This document shows, piece after piece, positions 62,695-64,000 of a stretch of 64,000 nucleotides of DNA (positions are counted from its first letter, which is position 1; every line of letters begins with the position of its first letter). Both the position numbers and the translations under genes were made by a program. The stretch is from a virus (taxonomy: Duplodnaviria; Caudoviricetes), in IMG/VR virus record IMGVR_UViG_3300023119_000004; one strand, 5' to 3'. The notes under the pieces were generated by a model. That model did no database searches. It was not told the DNA's origin and saw only the letters and a list, made by a program, of their open reading frames with translations.

Positions 62695-62810
62695 TTGTGA
62701 CTGCACTCTGGTGAACAGAATAATTTGCTTCGATCGGGTGTGTGATAGATTAGACTAAGAAACCTTTTGTTGCACGTTGCACAAATAAAAATTGCACTTA
62801 CACTAGACAT
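62670..62810 (-). CDS. Small TRASH/YHS-like metal-binding protein (46 aa)
   Basis: ICATCNK...LFCSPECS; TAAATG-adjacent to upstream ORF. Confidence 0.55.
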   Translation of the reverse strand: MSSVSAIFICATCNKRFLSLIYHTPDRSKLFCSPECSHKWVTSKKK

Positions 62811-62978
62811 TTACTTTTCCGGTGCAAGTTGCCAACATTCTAAATATTCTCCTGTTGGCTGAAGATGAGGTTGTAGTTCTATTTGCTTCACCAAACACTC
62901 CTGATGTGTATCATAAGTTCCTATCAACTTTATTATGGGCACATCTCCTACAAGTAGGAAGAATATGAGCCCATACAT
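62811..62978 (-). CDS. Small hypothetical protein (55 aa)
   Basis: MYGLIFFLLVGDVPIIKLIGTYDTHQEC...ECW; TAATG-coupled. Confidence 0.55.
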   Translation of the reverse strand: MYGLIFFLLVGDVPIIKLIGTYDTHQECLVKQIELQPHLQPTGEYLECWQLAPEK

Positions 62979-63148
62979 TATTCAACTATACGCAAATGAT
63001 TTCTTTTCTCTATTACGTGTTCTTGATATGCTAAACATATCATTCTTGTGTTAGTGAGACTCCTTCCATACATTTGACCAAACCAAACCTTGTTAGTCAT
63101 AGGAAGTTTGTCCCACCAAGTAAATGCTCTTTTTTGAATAGTATTCAA
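62978..63148 (-). CDS. Small hypothetical protein (56 aa, TTG start)
   Basis: MNTIQKRAFTWWDKLPMTNKVW...; starts right after the dsrA stop. Confidence 0.5.
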   Translation of the reverse strand: MNTIQKRAFTWWDKLPMTNKVWFGQMYGRSLTNTRMICLAYQEHVIEKRNHLRIVE

Positions 63149-64000
63149 TTATACAGCCTCTTTCTCTGCTTTGTTCTCAAACCATTTGGTTGCTTCTTCA
63201 TCCCAACGGTCCATACGAACATAAGACATATAACGAGGTGAGTTAACCATATTAGGATCAACGTCAAGTCCAATGCCTTCGAGGAAATTAACGATACCAA
63301 TACGCTCAATCATCTCTCCTGTACGCTCGTGTTCCAATGCGTTCTCAGCAAAGAAGTCAATCATCTCGCCTGCTAGTTCCTCTATGTATTCATAGTCCTC
63401 AGCAGTTTCTACTTTTAGGAATGGAACAACAACTGTTCCAAACAAGTCTCCAATCTTAAGTGTACGTTTGCCCCCTACACATATTGTTACGCCTTTGTCG
63501 TCTCCTGGCGCAAGTATTGGAGCATCTGTTAGTTCTTCAATGTACTTGTGAGTAAGTGGAGAAGTAACATTCAAGCAATGCATACACTTGACACAATTTG
63601 AATTGTCGATGGTAAGTTCACTTGTATTAGTATCCAATCGCATTGCGTTAGTAGGACAACGGCTAGTGATGTTGTCGATAACATAGTCTACCCCTTTATC
63701 CTCAACCATTTTCTTCCATGCTGTTTGGTTGATTTTTATGTCGTCCCTCCATGTGCCTATCGTACTCATATCCGAACGTTCTATTGAGTTCATACAGTCG
63801 TTAGCACAACCTGACACTTTAAACTTAAACTTGTAAGGAAGTGCTGGTCTATGCATATCGTCTAGGAAGGCATTAACCAAAGTTCTAAGTATTGCTTGTT
63901 CATTAGCGTTTGACATTTCGCATCGTGCCGCTCCCACACAAGACATTCCAGTTCGTACAGCAGGACCAGCACCGCCCAAATCAAAACCGTAGTCGTTAAG
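63149..64000 (-). CDS. dsrA: Dissimilatory sulfite reductase alpha subunit, oxidative (reverse) type; 5' part outside window
   Basis: GGAGPAVRT; CX5C (CVGAARC) and CX3C (SGCANDC) siroheme/4Fe-4S motif; HRPALPYKFKFK; ferredoxin CPT/CVKCMHC; GGKRTLKIGD; EHERTGEMIERIG. Confidence 0.96.
   Translation of the reverse strand, partial: LNDYGFDLGGAGPAVRTGMSCVGAARCEMSNANEQAILRTLVNAFLDDMHRPALPYKFKFKVSGCANDCMNSIERSDMSTIGTWRDDIKINQTAWKKMVEDKGVDYVIDNITSRCPTNAMRLDTNTSELTIDNSNCVKCMHCLNVTSPLTHKYIEELTDAPILAPGDDKGVTICVGGKRTLKIGDLFGTVVVPFLKVETAEDYEYIEELAGEMIDFFAENALEHERTGEMIERIGIVNFLEGIGLDVDPNMVNSPRYMSYVRMDRWDEEATKWFENKAEKEAV

Noticed and set aside
62670-63148. dsrC or dsrB downstream of dsrA
   Set aside because: The translated mini-ORFs lack DsrC's C-terminal cysteine pair and are far too short for DsrB.
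1-64000. CRISPR array or long direct/inverted repeat
   Set aside because: No regularly spaced repeat-spacer pattern seen; only peptide-level TLTNK repeats and the duplicated chaperone leader.
1-64000. Stop-codon reassignment (alternative genetic code), as in some large phages
   Set aside because: Conserved genes (dnaK, nrdA, nrdB, ligase, guaC) are full length in code 11 and end in TAA, TAG or TGA; no suppressor tRNA seen.
1-64000. Cellular chromosome or prophage-host junction suggested by dnaK, iscU, dsrA and rpsU
   Set aside because: These genes are orphaned from their cellular operons (no dnaJ/grpE, iscS, dsrB) and interleaved with virion genes and late promoters at uniform composition.

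Overview
A 64-kb, AT-rich, gene-dense segment of a large T4-like/jumbo marine myovirus genome. It is not a cellular chromosome: it carries baseplate and tail-fibre genes, nrdAB/grx, an ATP-dependent DNA ligase, recurrent (T/A/C)ATAAATA late promoters and TTGAC(T/A)-N17-TATAAT early promoters. Most genes lie on the minus strand. The auxiliary gene load is rich: an orphan oxidative-type dsrA (running off the right edge), iscU and iscA, a translationally coupled clpS-hemO-flavin halogenase-pcyX cluster, dnaK, hsp20, clpP, two different bS21 (rpsU) genes, cspA, Hc1, guaC, queD, uvsE, a porin, three tandem lipoproteins and about ten 2OG-Fe(II) oxygenases. RNA genes are four tRNAs (Arg-GCG, Thr-TGT, Gly-TCC, Trp-CCA) and a circularly permuted two-piece tmRNA with a 30-aa tag. 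Together these point to a sulfur-oxidising alphaproteobacterial host (inference). Signals not shown by the ORF track: (1) two identical TTC-A9-G slippery sites, each opening a -1-frame C-terminal extension, in a scaffold-like head gene and a membrane coiled-coil gene; (2) a covarying hairpin plus operator-like leader shared by dnaK and hsp20; (3) a GC-rich structured leader before queD; (4) a shared M-(K/R)-x-x-(E/D)-hydrophobic N-terminal leader on about ten late proteins, including an RNA-ligase-like and Pol-beta nucleotidyltransferase pair next to the tRNAs. All calls come from reading the sequence and recalling family motifs; no database searches were run.
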